Below, one piece after another: positions 26,446 to 35,801 of a stretch of DNA of 64,000 nucleotides (its first letter is position 1; each line of letters starts with the position of its first letter). The notes under the pieces are model-generated. The model was not told the DNA's origin. It ran no database searches and worked only from the letters and a program-made list of their open reading frames with translations. This stretch comes from Candidatus Colimorpha pelethequi (lineage in GTDB: Bacteria > Bacteroidota > Bacteroidia > Bacteroidales > P3): positions 42,078 through 106,077 of the forward strand of contig JAGHVO010000004.1 of the NCBI GenBank assembly GCA_018064245.1, in the 5' to 3' direction. Made by a program: the position numbers and the translations under genes.

Positions 26446-28464
26446 TTAATGCTGAAATACTAGTACTTTCTTTCCTCTCCAGATGTAGATGCCTTTGGGC
26501 AGGCCGTTGAGGTTGTCGGCGTTCCTGCGTATGAGACGGCCCATGGTGTCATAGACGTCGTTGCTGTAGCGGATGTTGTTCAGGGGCTTCTCCACGTCGT
26601 AGATGCCCATGGGACTGTTGTCTGAGAAATCGATGCCCAACGTGGGTGGAAGACCCTGCGGGGCACCAGCAGGAGGATTGTAAGTAAAGTAGCAGCGGAA
26701 AGGATTGACATGAGCCGAGCCGCCACTCTGCACAAAATAGCCGTCGGAGTAGCCGTAGTTGTTGGTACTGCTCATCGTGGTGCGCTCAATAACGCCACAG
26801 AAGGTCATCTCGTCATGGGTGACCGGATGATAGTTGGAAGAGTGAGATTGTGGGAACACGGCATTGGTCTGAGTGATGGTACAAGTCTGGGTAGAGCCGT
26901 CCTTAGACAAGTCGTAACCTACCAGATAAGGGGTATAGGCTGCTATATTGCCCGTATGCTCTGTAAAGGTGATGGTATTGTTATCGAAGTCGGAAAAATC
27001 ATACACTTCCAAACCGGTTGGAACGGATGCTGAGAATGGCAGATAGAGGGTGCTGCGGTTTCCGCTGGCAAAGTCGCGAGTGTAGGTCGCCTTTTCGGCC
27101 GTGAATATGAAAGGTGAGAAGAATTTATCCTGACAATCGGTCAAAACAACTTCCTTGGCCTTATACTCTCCGTCATCCAGATAAACGAAGTTGGCAGGAA
27201 TGGTGGCATAGGGTATGTGGGACGCGATCTGATCTTCATTATCTACAACGGTAAAATTATCGGGAATCTGACAAATCGAATTATTACCATTCGAAACGGA
27301 GTTTACAATTCGATGGGCATAGCATGCCACATAGCCATTACTTATTTGACCTTTCTCAAAAGTTATATTCGTAAGATTATATACGGTTCTCAGATTTTGA
27401 CATAAAAAAAATGCGTGGAAATTGATTGAGGTTACTGATCTACCAATCACAACGGATTTGAGGCTTTCGCAACCGTAAAATGCATTATCCCCGATAGAGG
27501 TCACGGAATTAGGAATAACGAGGTTTTCTGGACATCCGATTCCATAGAATGCATTATTCCCGATGCTGGTTGTCAAATTAGGAATGGCGGTATTCTTGCA
27601 TCCTAGAACTAATTTGTTGTTTGACGTCTTGATGATGGCATTACAGTTGTTTCGGCTGTCGTAGGTGGTGTTGCCGCTAGCCACGGTTATGTTGCGAAGG
27701 GAAGAACAGTTCTTGAATGCTGTATTGTCTATACTGGTGACGGAACTGGAAATATTAAGGGTTGTGAGCGAGGTGCAACCCTTGAACGCTTCCGACCCGA
27801 TGCTTTGCAAAGAGCTGCCACAGTTGACTGTGGTAAGACCGACACGGCCTTCGAATGCTTTGCTTTTGATTTTGGTTACGGAATTGGGAATGGTGCTGTT
27901 TTTGAATCCATACACCAACATATTGGTCGCTGTCTCTATAATAGCGTTACAGTTGTCTCGACTGTCGAAGGTGGTGTTTTCGCTTGCTACGCTGATGTTG
28001 GCCAGAGTGTTGCAGGATCCGAAGGCTGTCTCATCGATGTAGGACACCGAACTACCTATAACAATACTGGTAAGAGCCGTACATTCGGCAAAAGTGTATT
28101 GTTTGATGCTATCCACAGAATTGCCAATGATGATACTGGCGAGATCGGGGCAACGCTCAAAAGCCCCTTCGTCGAGTTTGGTGACTGTGTTGGGAATGGT
28201 GATACTGGTAATGTTATCGCACCGGTAGAAAGCATTATACACAATGCGCTTGACGGTATAAGTCACACCGTTATGGGTTACTGTTGACGGAATTTCCAAA
28301 TCTCCGGACGCTTGAGAGACAGAAACAATGGAGACACTGTTGGATCCAGTGATTTGGTAGTTCAAAAACTGACCTGCAGGAGCCTCTACCGTAAAGGTTT
28401 CTCCATCTGCCCATGCGACTAGAGAGCAGAAACCCAATGCAAAAAGTAATAGTAATTTTTTCAT
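26446..28464 (-). CDS. BspA-like leucine-rich repeat surface protein with T9SS-type C-terminal sorting domain
   Basis: 672 aa with a signal peptide. Repeated I/LxIPxSVTxIxxxAFxxCxxLxxI LRR_5-type units. The beta-rich C-terminus ends ...LPKGIYIWRGKKVLVFQH. Confidence 0.85.
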   Translation of the reverse strand: MKKLLLLFALGFCSLVAWADGETFTVEAPAGQFLNYQITGSNSVSIVSVSQASGDLEIPSTVTHNGVTYTVKRIVYNAFYRCDNITSITIPNTVTKLDEGAFERCPDLASIIIGNSVDSIKQYTFAECTALTSIVIGSSVSYIDETAFGSCNTLANISVASENTTFDSRDNCNAIIETATNMLVYGFKNSTIPNSVTKIKSKAFEGRVGLTTVNCGSSLQSIGSEAFKGCTSLTTLNISSSVTSIDNTAFKNCSSLRNITVASGNTTYDSRNNCNAIIKTSNNKLVLGCKNTAIPNLTTSIGNNAFYGIGCPENLVIPNSVTSIGDNAFYGCESLKSVVIGRSVTSINFHAFFLCQNLRTVYNLTNITFEKGQISNGYVACYAHRIVNSVSNGNNSICQIPDNFTVVDNEDQIASHIPYATIPANFVYLDDGEYKAKEVVLTDCQDKFFSPFIFTAEKATYTRDFASGNRSTLYLPFSASVPTGLEVYDFSDFDNNTITFTEHTGNIAAYTPYLVGYDLSKDGSTQTCTITQTNAVFPQSHSSNYHPVTHDEMTFCGVIERTTMSSTNNYGYSDGYFVQSGGSAHVNPFRCYFTYNPPAGAPQGLPPTLGIDFSDNSPMGIYDVEKPLNNIRYSNDVYDTMGRLIRRNADNLNGLPKGIYIWRGKKVLVFQH

Positions 28465-28742
28465 TTTAGTTCTGGGCTAGTTTTAATTAATAATTCTCGT
28501 TATTGTTTACAAAGACAGGACATTGCCTCTAATCTTTGCATGAATTTGTTTTTGCAAAATTACACAATTATTTTAATCCAGAATCAGTTTGCTTTATGTT
28601 TTCATGTCTCAAACATTGAATCGACATGACAAACAAAAATACCCACATGTTATTCGCAAATTATTCGCAAATAATATTTCTGGGAATTTTCTATACACAT
28701 TAGCGGTAATTATCGTTTAAATGTAAAAGCAAATTCCTTGTC

Positions 28743-28808
28743 TTAAAACTCAAAACTTAAAACTCAAAACTTAAAACTTAAAACTCAAAACTTAAAACTC
28801 AAAACTCT
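28743..28808. repeat. tandem heptamer array (AAAACTY, about 9 units)
   Basis: CTTAAAACTCAAAACTTAAAACTCAAAACTTAAAACTTAAAACTCAAAACTTAAAACTCAAAACTC. Confidence 0.9.
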
Positions 28809-28937
28809 CCTGTTCTGTAATGTGCATTTTCTTTACCTACAAAATTAAGATAAATTAAAATAATAAACTCATTTTGCAGTATCCTAAATTTTATCTAAGT
28901 TGCAGTAAATCAAATATTTATATTTTAACATTTTAAT

Positions 28938-28964
28938 TTGTTGTAATTCAATATCTTACAACAA
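28938..28964. repeat. perfect 9-bp inverted repeat TTGTTGTAA-N9-TTACAACAA
   Basis: Read directly. A related TTGTAA...TTACAAC pair lies at about 29071-29102, on the other side of the 11-mer array. Confidence 0.7.
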
Positions 28965-28965
28965 T

Positions 28966-29020
28966 CTTTCGGCGATCCTTCGGTGATCTCTCGGTGATCC
29001 TTCGGTGATCCTTCGGTGAA
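28966..29020. repeat. tandem 11-mer array (CCTTCGGTGAT, 5 units)
   Basis: CTTTCGGCGATCCTTCGGTGATCTCTCGGTGATCCTTCGGTGATCCTTCGGTGAA. Confidence 0.9.
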
Positions 29021-29218
29021 CTCGATTTAAAATATTGCAAATCAGCAACTTGTGAAATTTTCAAAATTATTGTAAAATATTATAAACCAATATATTACAA
29101 CTTTTGTCCAAAATTTTTAAGAATTTTTATGTTAAAAACCGCGTCAAGTTGGCATCAAGTTAAAATTTATAAAAATTAAGATTTTCACCATGGGTAGGTT
29201 GACGACTTACCTGGATTA

Positions 29219-29719
29219 TTATTGTAACAAGAAAAACAAACCAGGGTATTGCCGCTTTAAGAAATCTATGCATTCTTTGTTTGGATAGCATAGTTGATTT
29301 CCTACAGAGTGGAATGTTCGACATATATACCCTTGTTTATTCACAGAAAATGTCCATACTTCATCATTCGTATTATATCTATTGCCACAAATAAAATCTA
29401 TCACAATACAAGGTTCAAAGTTCATGTCCGTTCCACATCCCATGGATGAATTAATAAGCAAGACAACACTGTCATAATCCACTTTTGTTATAGAAAACGA
29501 TTGTAAACTGTCAAAAAGAGCATTTATGTAATTTTGTTCCATCGAAAACACGTATGAGGCATAGTGGCTCCTTACATAATCCATATTGTACGTTTGAGTT
29601 TTAATTACGCTTACACGCTCTACGTAGGGGTTTGCAATATAGATTTTTACAGCAGAGAATGATTGCGAAAAACAGATGCTGCAATGGATAACAGCAGCAA
29701 TGATTAATAGCTTCTTCAT
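29219..29719 (-). CDS. hypothetical secreted protein or lipoprotein, AT-rich
   Basis: Signal peptide MKKLLIIAAVIHCSICFSQS (start moved to the internal ATG at 29719). Cys-rich, with no recognisable domain. Confidence 0.6.
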   Translation of the reverse strand: MKKLLIIAAVIHCSICFSQSFSAVKIYIANPYVERVSVIKTQTYNMDYVRSHYASYVFSMEQNYINALFDSLQSFSITKVDYDSVVLLINSSMGCGTDMNFEPCIVIDFICGNRYNTNDEVWTFSVNKQGYICRTFHSVGNQLCYPNKECIDFLKRQYPGLFFLLQ

Positions 29720-29844
29720 ATTTCTTTTATTTTGCGTGATGGAGATCATTGGCTCCGAAATAGGAAAATCCTGTCTCACAGTCGGTTTCCTTGCCGGTAA
29801 ATTTTAGTCTCGAAAACATTTCTCCCCTCCCTTTAGGCCTTTTG

Positions 29845-30525
29845 TCAATCAAACATCAATACATCTTTGAAGTCCCACTCGAAATCAGAATATTCATACA
29901 CAATGGATTCAATGTTTTTTATGTTGTGATGGTCTATCAATAATCTTATCGCTATGGAATAAATTGGTAGCACAGAATAGTGCCTGTTCTTGTGAGAAGA
30001 TTCCGCTATTCTTATTTTTGTAATATTCCAATCCTCAATCATCTTGATTTCTTTATGATTGCTTGGACTTTTCATGTTTTGTTTAAAATAGCGGATGTTT
30101 TTGATGTTCGGGAGATCATCTTTAACCACTTCAAATCCTTCCCCTCGTTTGTTCCATATCAAGTACTGAAAATAGGACCTGTTTGATTCAATATTGGGGA
30201 AACCTATTGTACAGCTCAGGAATAGTGTGTCCGCTCCATCTGGCTTTGACAAGACAGACACTAAAGAGTCAATTAACGCTCGGATCAAAGAGTCTGATAA
30301 TTCGTTCATTAAAATCGTTTTGCGAGAAATGATATTTGCAATATAACCATCAAAAGCATCATCGATGGATTTTTCCAAAGCAGGGACTTCCTCTTTCGCG
30401 ACATAATCGGTGGAAGGAATGGAGGGGGTAACGTCTTTGTAAGAAGCACACCCCGACAAAAACAATAGAATGGAAACCGACAGGGAGAATCTTCCAAGCT
30501 TAAAATTATTATTTCTCATTGACAT
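29845..30525 (-). CDS. hypothetical lipoprotein, AT-rich
   Basis: Signal MSMRNNNFKLGRFSLSVSILLFLSGC with lipobox LSGC. The ORF-track start at 30552 is also possible. Confidence 0.6.
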   Translation of the reverse strand: MSMRNNNFKLGRFSLSVSILLFLSGCASYKDVTPSIPSTDYVAKEEVPALEKSIDDAFDGYIANIISRKTILMNELSDSLIRALIDSLVSVLSKPDGADTLFLSCTIGFPNIESNRSYFQYLIWNKRGEGFEVVKDDLPNIKNIRYFKQNMKSPSNHKEIKMIEDWNITKIRIAESSHKNRHYSVLPIYSIAIRLLIDHHNIKNIESIVYEYSDFEWDFKDVLMFD

Positions 30526-30638
30526 AGTTAAGAAGATTAAGACTAGTTTCATTCATCTTACCATCCCATTGGGACGCTAAAATATTGTTGTATGAGTTTG
30601 AAGCATATTTTTCTCGTTGTTAGCCTAGGTGTCAATTA

Positions 30639-31181
30639 TCAAGGATATTCAAAACCAAACTTCAGTTTGACAAGCTTTCTGTCTTTAATCCAATACTTAA
30701 TAAAATATGCATACTCATTGTTCTCTCGCACATATTCCGAATTAGACTCATCCTCCCAATAACAATATATCCTACATCCATCCTTTTCTTCTATCCAGGT
30801 AGGGTTTCCTTGCTTCTCCACAATATTATCCACCAACTCACCAAGAGAAACATTGTTATTTGTCAAAAATGCCCCATCATAATCATAATACAAGCACGAG
30901 TCTAAGTCAAAAAGATATCCTATCTCGAACACACTCATCACGCCCATAGGATCCCCAGGATAATGTGTCATTCGCAAATATTGTTGTCTCCCCTTATCGA
31001 CCAAGACAATATGACCATTAATAAAATAATTCTCAGCATCTGGAATATTTGCCCCCTCTGAATCCAATAGGCAAAATGAATCTACGCATTTCTCATAATG
31101 TCTTATTATAAGATTGCTATTCTGCGAAAAGCATGATGATATTATAATCGCAAGGAGGAAGTTGCTTAAAAACTTTTTCAT
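30639..31181 (-). CDS. hypothetical lipoprotein, AT-rich
   Basis: Signal MKKFLSNFLLAIIISSC with a lipobox. 180 aa, no recognisable domain. Confidence 0.65.
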   Translation of the reverse strand: MKKFLSNFLLAIIISSCFSQNSNLIIRHYEKCVDSFCLLDSEGANIPDAENYFINGHIVLVDKGRQQYLRMTHYPGDPMGVMSVFEIGYLFDLDSCLYYDYDGAFLTNNNVSLGELVDNIVEKQGNPTWIEEKDGCRIYCYWEDESNSEYVRENNEYAYFIKYWIKDRKLVKLKFGFEYP

Positions 31182-31334
31182 ATTATTCGTTTGCTAGATG
31201 CATTGGGAATTACCGTCTCATGATGAATCCCACCGATAATTGTTTGGCAATCTTTTCTTTGCATTTGAAAATGTGATGACGTATATTTGCAATAACGGAC
31301 AATAGACTGTTCTTTGTGGGATTCAATTTTGAAT

Positions 31335-34300
31335 TTACGCTATCCAACCATATCCTTGAACTGCCATATCTACAAAATGGTTCATCAGGAGATTGGTCTT
31401 TTCATTGAATGCCACGCGATCATAACTTTCGGGAAGGTCGGTATTGAGGGATAACTGGATAAGTGCAAGCACCTTTTTACGAGGTTGCTCGTCTTTATAC
31501 CAATCCACAACCATGACCTTGTCTTTTTCCTCTATCAGTTTCTTATACAAGTTCTTCGAAGCAAGTATAACCTTCTGCTCTTCAGCCTTGCTCAGTTTCC
31601 TGCCTTGGCAAAGCAAGTCATAGATTTCGAGTTCTTCTTCCTGAAGATCCATTACAGTAGAACGACCTTGCTCACGTTTCATTTCTTCAACGAGCTGCAA
31701 GAGTTTCTCATAATAATCTTCGTTCTCCGTGCCACCCGCATTATACCGGTCAATGATATTCTTGTATCGCTGAGAGAATGCGACACGAGTACAGTTCTTG
31801 TTGATAAGCTGCTCCAAGGTCTTTTCTATGAATTCTCGTAGATTCTCAATCTCCAGAGCTTTGTAAGGTGTAGAGTTTATCTCTTTTCGCAAAGCTTCTA
31901 CATCGAGTTTGCTCAAATCAATGACCTTACCTTGGTGTATGCAATACTCCGATTGGTCCTCAGCCACCATGGCCGTTACACTATCGTCCAGGGTGTAAGC
32001 CATCCTTGCCTTGGCCTTATTGAGTTTCTCATCATCAATCTGATTGCAGAACAAACCATTAAGATAACTAAGGGGCGCAAACTTCTCGTTATACCAATCT
32101 CGCTCAAAGATTTCGGGCTTGCTGGCATCATAAAGATTCATCAGCAAGTTGCTGAGCACTTTGAAGCGGTCTTTCCACTCGTCCTTTTCGAGAATCTTCA
32201 GGTAGGCTGCACGAAGCAAGTCAAGTTGGTCGAGCGTATTGCTTTCTGCAATAATGTTCTCCATGCTGATGCCCAGTTTCAAAAGGAACGCTTCACATTC
32301 CAAGATGCACTCATCAATACTTTGTATAAGTGCTTCAATGTCCTTTGCCGGATATTCTGCATTGTCATCATTAGAAGCATAATCACTCAGAGCCTGTTGC
32401 ATGTATTTGAACACGTTCACATAGTCAACCACAATACCGCAGTTTTTGCCCGGATAAACTCGGTTGGCACGCGCGATGGCTTGCATCAGCGTATGTCCCT
32501 TCATGGGCTTGTCCAGATAGAGCGTTGACAATGAAGGCACGTCGAAGCCAGTAAGCCACATGGCACAGACGAACACAAGACATAGCGAATCGTCCTTATC
32601 CTTGAAGCGGTCTTCTATGTCCTTGCCGTCGGCCGTAATCTCATTCATCTTCTTGCGATGCAGCGTGATGTCAAGTCCCTGATCCTGGAACTTCTCCACC
32701 TCTTCAGCGTCTTCACTGATAACAACAGCCATCTCAACCTTATTCATATAGTTGAGTTGTTCTGTCAGTTTCTCTCGTTCTTCTTTTGTCTTGGCATTAT
32801 TGCGTTCCTTGACGAGAGCCTTCTTTCCCTCTGCCCAGTATTTCTGCACCTTGTCATACATCTTTACGGTAGTGTATTTGTCCACGCTCACCACCATTCC
32901 CTTGCCGAGGAAACCACGACGAGGAAAATGATATGCAATGTCTTGCGCTATCTTTTCCAGACGTTCATCACGCTTGATGACTTCAAGAATGCGAGATGAA
33001 GAGTTCTCCAGAAGTTCTCTTTCGCGGTCATTAAGCTGTTCTTCCTCTACAATGTCCACAATGTCGTCATCGAGGAAATTGTTTTCCAATCCTACTTCCG
33101 GCACTCTTCGACTATAAAACAATGGTACAGTGCTGCCGTCCGCAATAGCCTGAGCAAAGTTATACTCACTCACATAGTCCCCAAACCACTGATTGGTTAG
33201 TCGCTTACTTCCAAGCAAAGGTGTGCCGGTAAATGCAATGTAGTTGGCATTTGGCAGACCTGTGTGCATATTCTCCGCCAACTGCTTGTATTGCGTGCGA
33301 TGAGCTTCATCAACAAGGACAAAGATGTCATCACGTTCGGAAAGGACAGGATATTTCTTTGTCTTGTCATACTGGAACTTATGTATCAGCGTAAACACCA
33401 TGGGTTTGTTGCTACCCAGAAACTCACGCAACTGTACGGCGTTCTTTGGCTGACACTCTTCCTTGTCGCCAATAACCTCTGCCCTCACGAACGTCTTGTG
33501 TATCTGGGTGTCAAGGTCATCACGATCGGTAATGATGAGGAATGTGAAGTTGCCAGGCAGCTTGCGTTTGACCTTCCTTACGAACATCACCATCGAATAA
33601 CTTTTCCCCGAGCCCTGTGTATGCCAGAATACGCCAAGTTTACCATTCAGTTCATCCCTCTTGCCAACACGCTTCATCAAGTTGTTCACGCCAAGGTACT
33701 GGTGATTCTTTGCAATGATCTTGATGCGCTTATTGTCAAAGAAGATAAAGTTTTCAATGTAATCCAGCAAACGTTCCTTTCGGAATAAACCATCAATAAG
33801 ATTTGTTATGCTCAGACCATATTCTGCTATTTTATCACGGTCCAGTTTCTCCTTCTCATCGTCAACACGAAGCCATTCAAAGAAAAACTCATAGCCTGCA
33901 TTCCATGCACCGAGCTTTGTCTGCAAACCATTGCTGAGCACGCATATTTGGTTCAGGGCAAAGATGTTTGGAATATCCTGACGATACGACACGAGGTTCT
34001 TGTTGTACGATTCCTCCACCTTTACCGTAGAGTTCTTCAGTTCTATGAACACCACTGGCAAACCATTCACAAACAGCAGCACATCTGGACGGCGATAACG
34101 GAAATGACCTTTTATCCACATCTGGTTGACGCAATGGAAGTCGTTGTTCTCCACATTGTCGAAGTCGATGATCTTTACAATATCAAAGTCTTCCTTTCCG
34201 TTCTTCTTTACCTTGACCTTGATGCCGTTGCGTATTTGGTTGTAGAACTTATAGTTCGTGTCCACCATATCCGTGCCAGTATAGTCTTTGCGAAAATCTT

Positions 34301-34538
34301 TCACTATGCCAGCCAATGTCTCGGGGTCAATCTGTGGGTTGATGCGTTTCAAGGCATTGAAGAATATCTTTGGCAGAATACACTCCGTCACATTATCACG
34401 ACCAGTCATCGATACATCATCCTGTGCCTCAACGCTCGGGTCACACGCTATGCGTTGCCAACCATATTCTGGTAATGAAAGGCGATTGCAAATTGCTTGT
34501 TCTATATTGTCTTCGCTGATAAATGATTTCATAATCAA
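31335..34538 (-). CDS. hsdR: Type I restriction enzyme R subunit
   Basis: 1067 aa. Nuclease N-terminal region, SF2 helicase motifs (HTQGSGKS, VLVDEAHRTQY, AFTGTPL, QAIARANR) and a helical C-terminal domain. Confidence 0.95.
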   Translation of the reverse strand: MIMKSFISEDNIEQAICNRLSLPEYGWQRIACDPSVEAQDDVSMTGRDNVTECILPKIFFNALKRINPQIDPETLAGIVKDFRKDYTGTDMVDTNYKFYNQIRNGIKVKVKKNGKEDFDIVKIIDFDNVENNDFHCVNQMWIKGHFRYRRPDVLLFVNGLPVVFIELKNSTVKVEESYNKNLVSYRQDIPNIFALNQICVLSNGLQTKLGAWNAGYEFFFEWLRVDDEKEKLDRDKIAEYGLSITNLIDGLFRKERLLDYIENFIFFDNKRIKIIAKNHQYLGVNNLMKRVGKRDELNGKLGVFWHTQGSGKSYSMVMFVRKVKRKLPGNFTFLIITDRDDLDTQIHKTFVRAEVIGDKEECQPKNAVQLREFLGSNKPMVFTLIHKFQYDKTKKYPVLSERDDIFVLVDEAHRTQYKQLAENMHTGLPNANYIAFTGTPLLGSKRLTNQWFGDYVSEYNFAQAIADGSTVPLFYSRRVPEVGLENNFLDDDIVDIVEEEQLNDRERELLENSSSRILEVIKRDERLEKIAQDIAYHFPRRGFLGKGMVVSVDKYTTVKMYDKVQKYWAEGKKALVKERNNAKTKEEREKLTEQLNYMNKVEMAVVISEDAEEVEKFQDQGLDITLHRKKMNEITADGKDIEDRFKDKDDSLCLVFVCAMWLTGFDVPSLSTLYLDKPMKGHTLMQAIARANRVYPGKNCGIVVDYVNVFKYMQQALSDYASNDDNAEYPAKDIEALIQSIDECILECEAFLLKLGISMENIIAESNTLDQLDLLRAAYLKILEKDEWKDRFKVLSNLLMNLYDASKPEIFERDWYNEKFAPLSYLNGLFCNQIDDEKLNKAKARMAYTLDDSVTAMVAEDQSEYCIHQGKVIDLSKLDVEALRKEINSTPYKALEIENLREFIEKTLEQLINKNCTRVAFSQRYKNIIDRYNAGGTENEDYYEKLLQLVEEMKREQGRSTVMDLQEEELEIYDLLCQGRKLSKAEEQKVILASKNLYKKLIEEKDKVMVVDWYKDEQPRKKVLALIQLSLNTDLPESYDRVAFNEKTNLLMNHFVDMAVQGYGWIA

Positions 34539-34559
34539 TTTAGTTTTAGGTTGGTGAGT

Positions 34560-35801
34560 TTATCGAACCATTACTTCAAGTTTGCCACTCATCAAGCGAG
34601 GGAGGAGAAGGTCGCGCTGGCGAGTAAGAAGGGTATTTTGTTTTGCGTAAGAGAATATACTTATCAATAAAGGTTCAATTTCACTATTAAACTCTTTTAT
34701 TATATCCTCATCTGGAATGGTCATTTTTATTCTAAAAATATCTTGCTGACTTAATCCTGGTTGTGCCGCATTCCTATTAAGGTTTTGCATCAAAAGAAAG
34801 TATTCTTTTTGATGTAAGGTAAAATATATATAGTTTTTGTAAGATACGTTATTCGGTGATATAAAGAAAACGTGTTCATTTATAGAATATTCCTTAAATG
34901 GGAAATCATCTCTAAACAAAGTTACTTTTCCAATATATGCACCATCTTTGTATAATAGAATATCGTTGCCTGTATTTTTCCCACGTTTTAATTTACGATA
35001 AAATTCTATAGGAATTAGCTTGACTGAATGATAATCAAATTCTGCAAGATTTTTAATAACCTCTGCACCAAAAGATGGCATGCCTTCTGCTAGACTATCG
35101 TCTACTCCACCCTTAGGCCTTGAGCCTGTTTCTAAACAAATTCCCCAATCACCTAATCTTTCCACCTTCCACCCCTTCGGCAGTCCATTCTCCATTTCCA
35201 CATTCTCGTGTCCTGGGAAACGGAAGCGGACAAACCATTCTTTGTATAGGTTCTCTGCCATCTGCTCTAACAGACGGATGCGTTTGGTGTTGTTCTCTAT
35301 TAGGGTGTCGTAGGTTGAGAGAATGGAGGCTATCTTTTGCTGTATGGGGAGAGGGGGAATTGAGAACTTGATTTTTGCCAGTTTTTCCCAAGATAAATTG
35401 TCTTGGGTAGCACCCAATGCCATTGCTTGGCATCTTTTTTGCAAAATATCAAAAGAATACTTGACAAATCTCACATCAGCCTTGTTTGGATTAGCAATAA
35501 ATCCCATGATGCTATCTGGGAAACAAGCCTTAATTCCAAGAATTGAGGTGTCTGCAATATTCGCTGCAATAGTTATACAAAGAGTTTCTGGATTCCAAAG
35601 TTTGCTCTGTGCAAGTCCCTGTTCATTATATGTTTCTTCGAAATCAGTAAGATGTAACCCAGCTTTCTTAACATCTCCTGTCTGAATGAATGGATAATCT
35701 CCACCAAACAGAGATTCATCATTCCTTGGTCGATGTTTTGAACGCCCACGTGAGACCGACCCCAATTGGTCTAATGTTAGTTTTGGCCATTCCATACTCA
35801 C
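34560..35801 (-). CDS. hsdS: Type I restriction enzyme S (specificity) subunit, two TRDs
   Basis: 413 aa. Has the conserved central and C-terminal helices (PPLPIQQKIASILSTYDTLIENNTKRIRLLEQMAENLYKEWF; TLLTRQRDLLLPRLMSGKLEV). Confidence 0.9.
   Translation of the reverse strand: MSMEWPKLTLDQLGSVSRGRSKHRPRNDESLFGGDYPFIQTGDVKKAGLHLTDFEETYNEQGLAQSKLWNPETLCITIAANIADTSILGIKACFPDSIMGFIANPNKADVRFVKYSFDILQKRCQAMALGATQDNLSWEKLAKIKFSIPPLPIQQKIASILSTYDTLIENNTKRIRLLEQMAENLYKEWFVRFRFPGHENVEMENGLPKGWKVERLGDWGICLETGSRPKGGVDDSLAEGMPSFGAEVIKNLAEFDYHSVKLIPIEFYRKLKRGKNTGNDILLYKDGAYIGKVTLFRDDFPFKEYSINEHVFFISPNNVSYKNYIYFTLHQKEYFLLMQNLNRNAAQPGLSQQDIFRIKMTIPDEDIIKEFNSEIEPLLISIFSYAKQNTLLTRQRDLLLPRLMSGKLEVMVR

Noticed and set aside
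34560-35801. Phase-variable hsdS shufflon
   Set aside because: There are no additional or inverted hsdS fragments, no inverted repeats inside hsdS and no adjacent recombinase.
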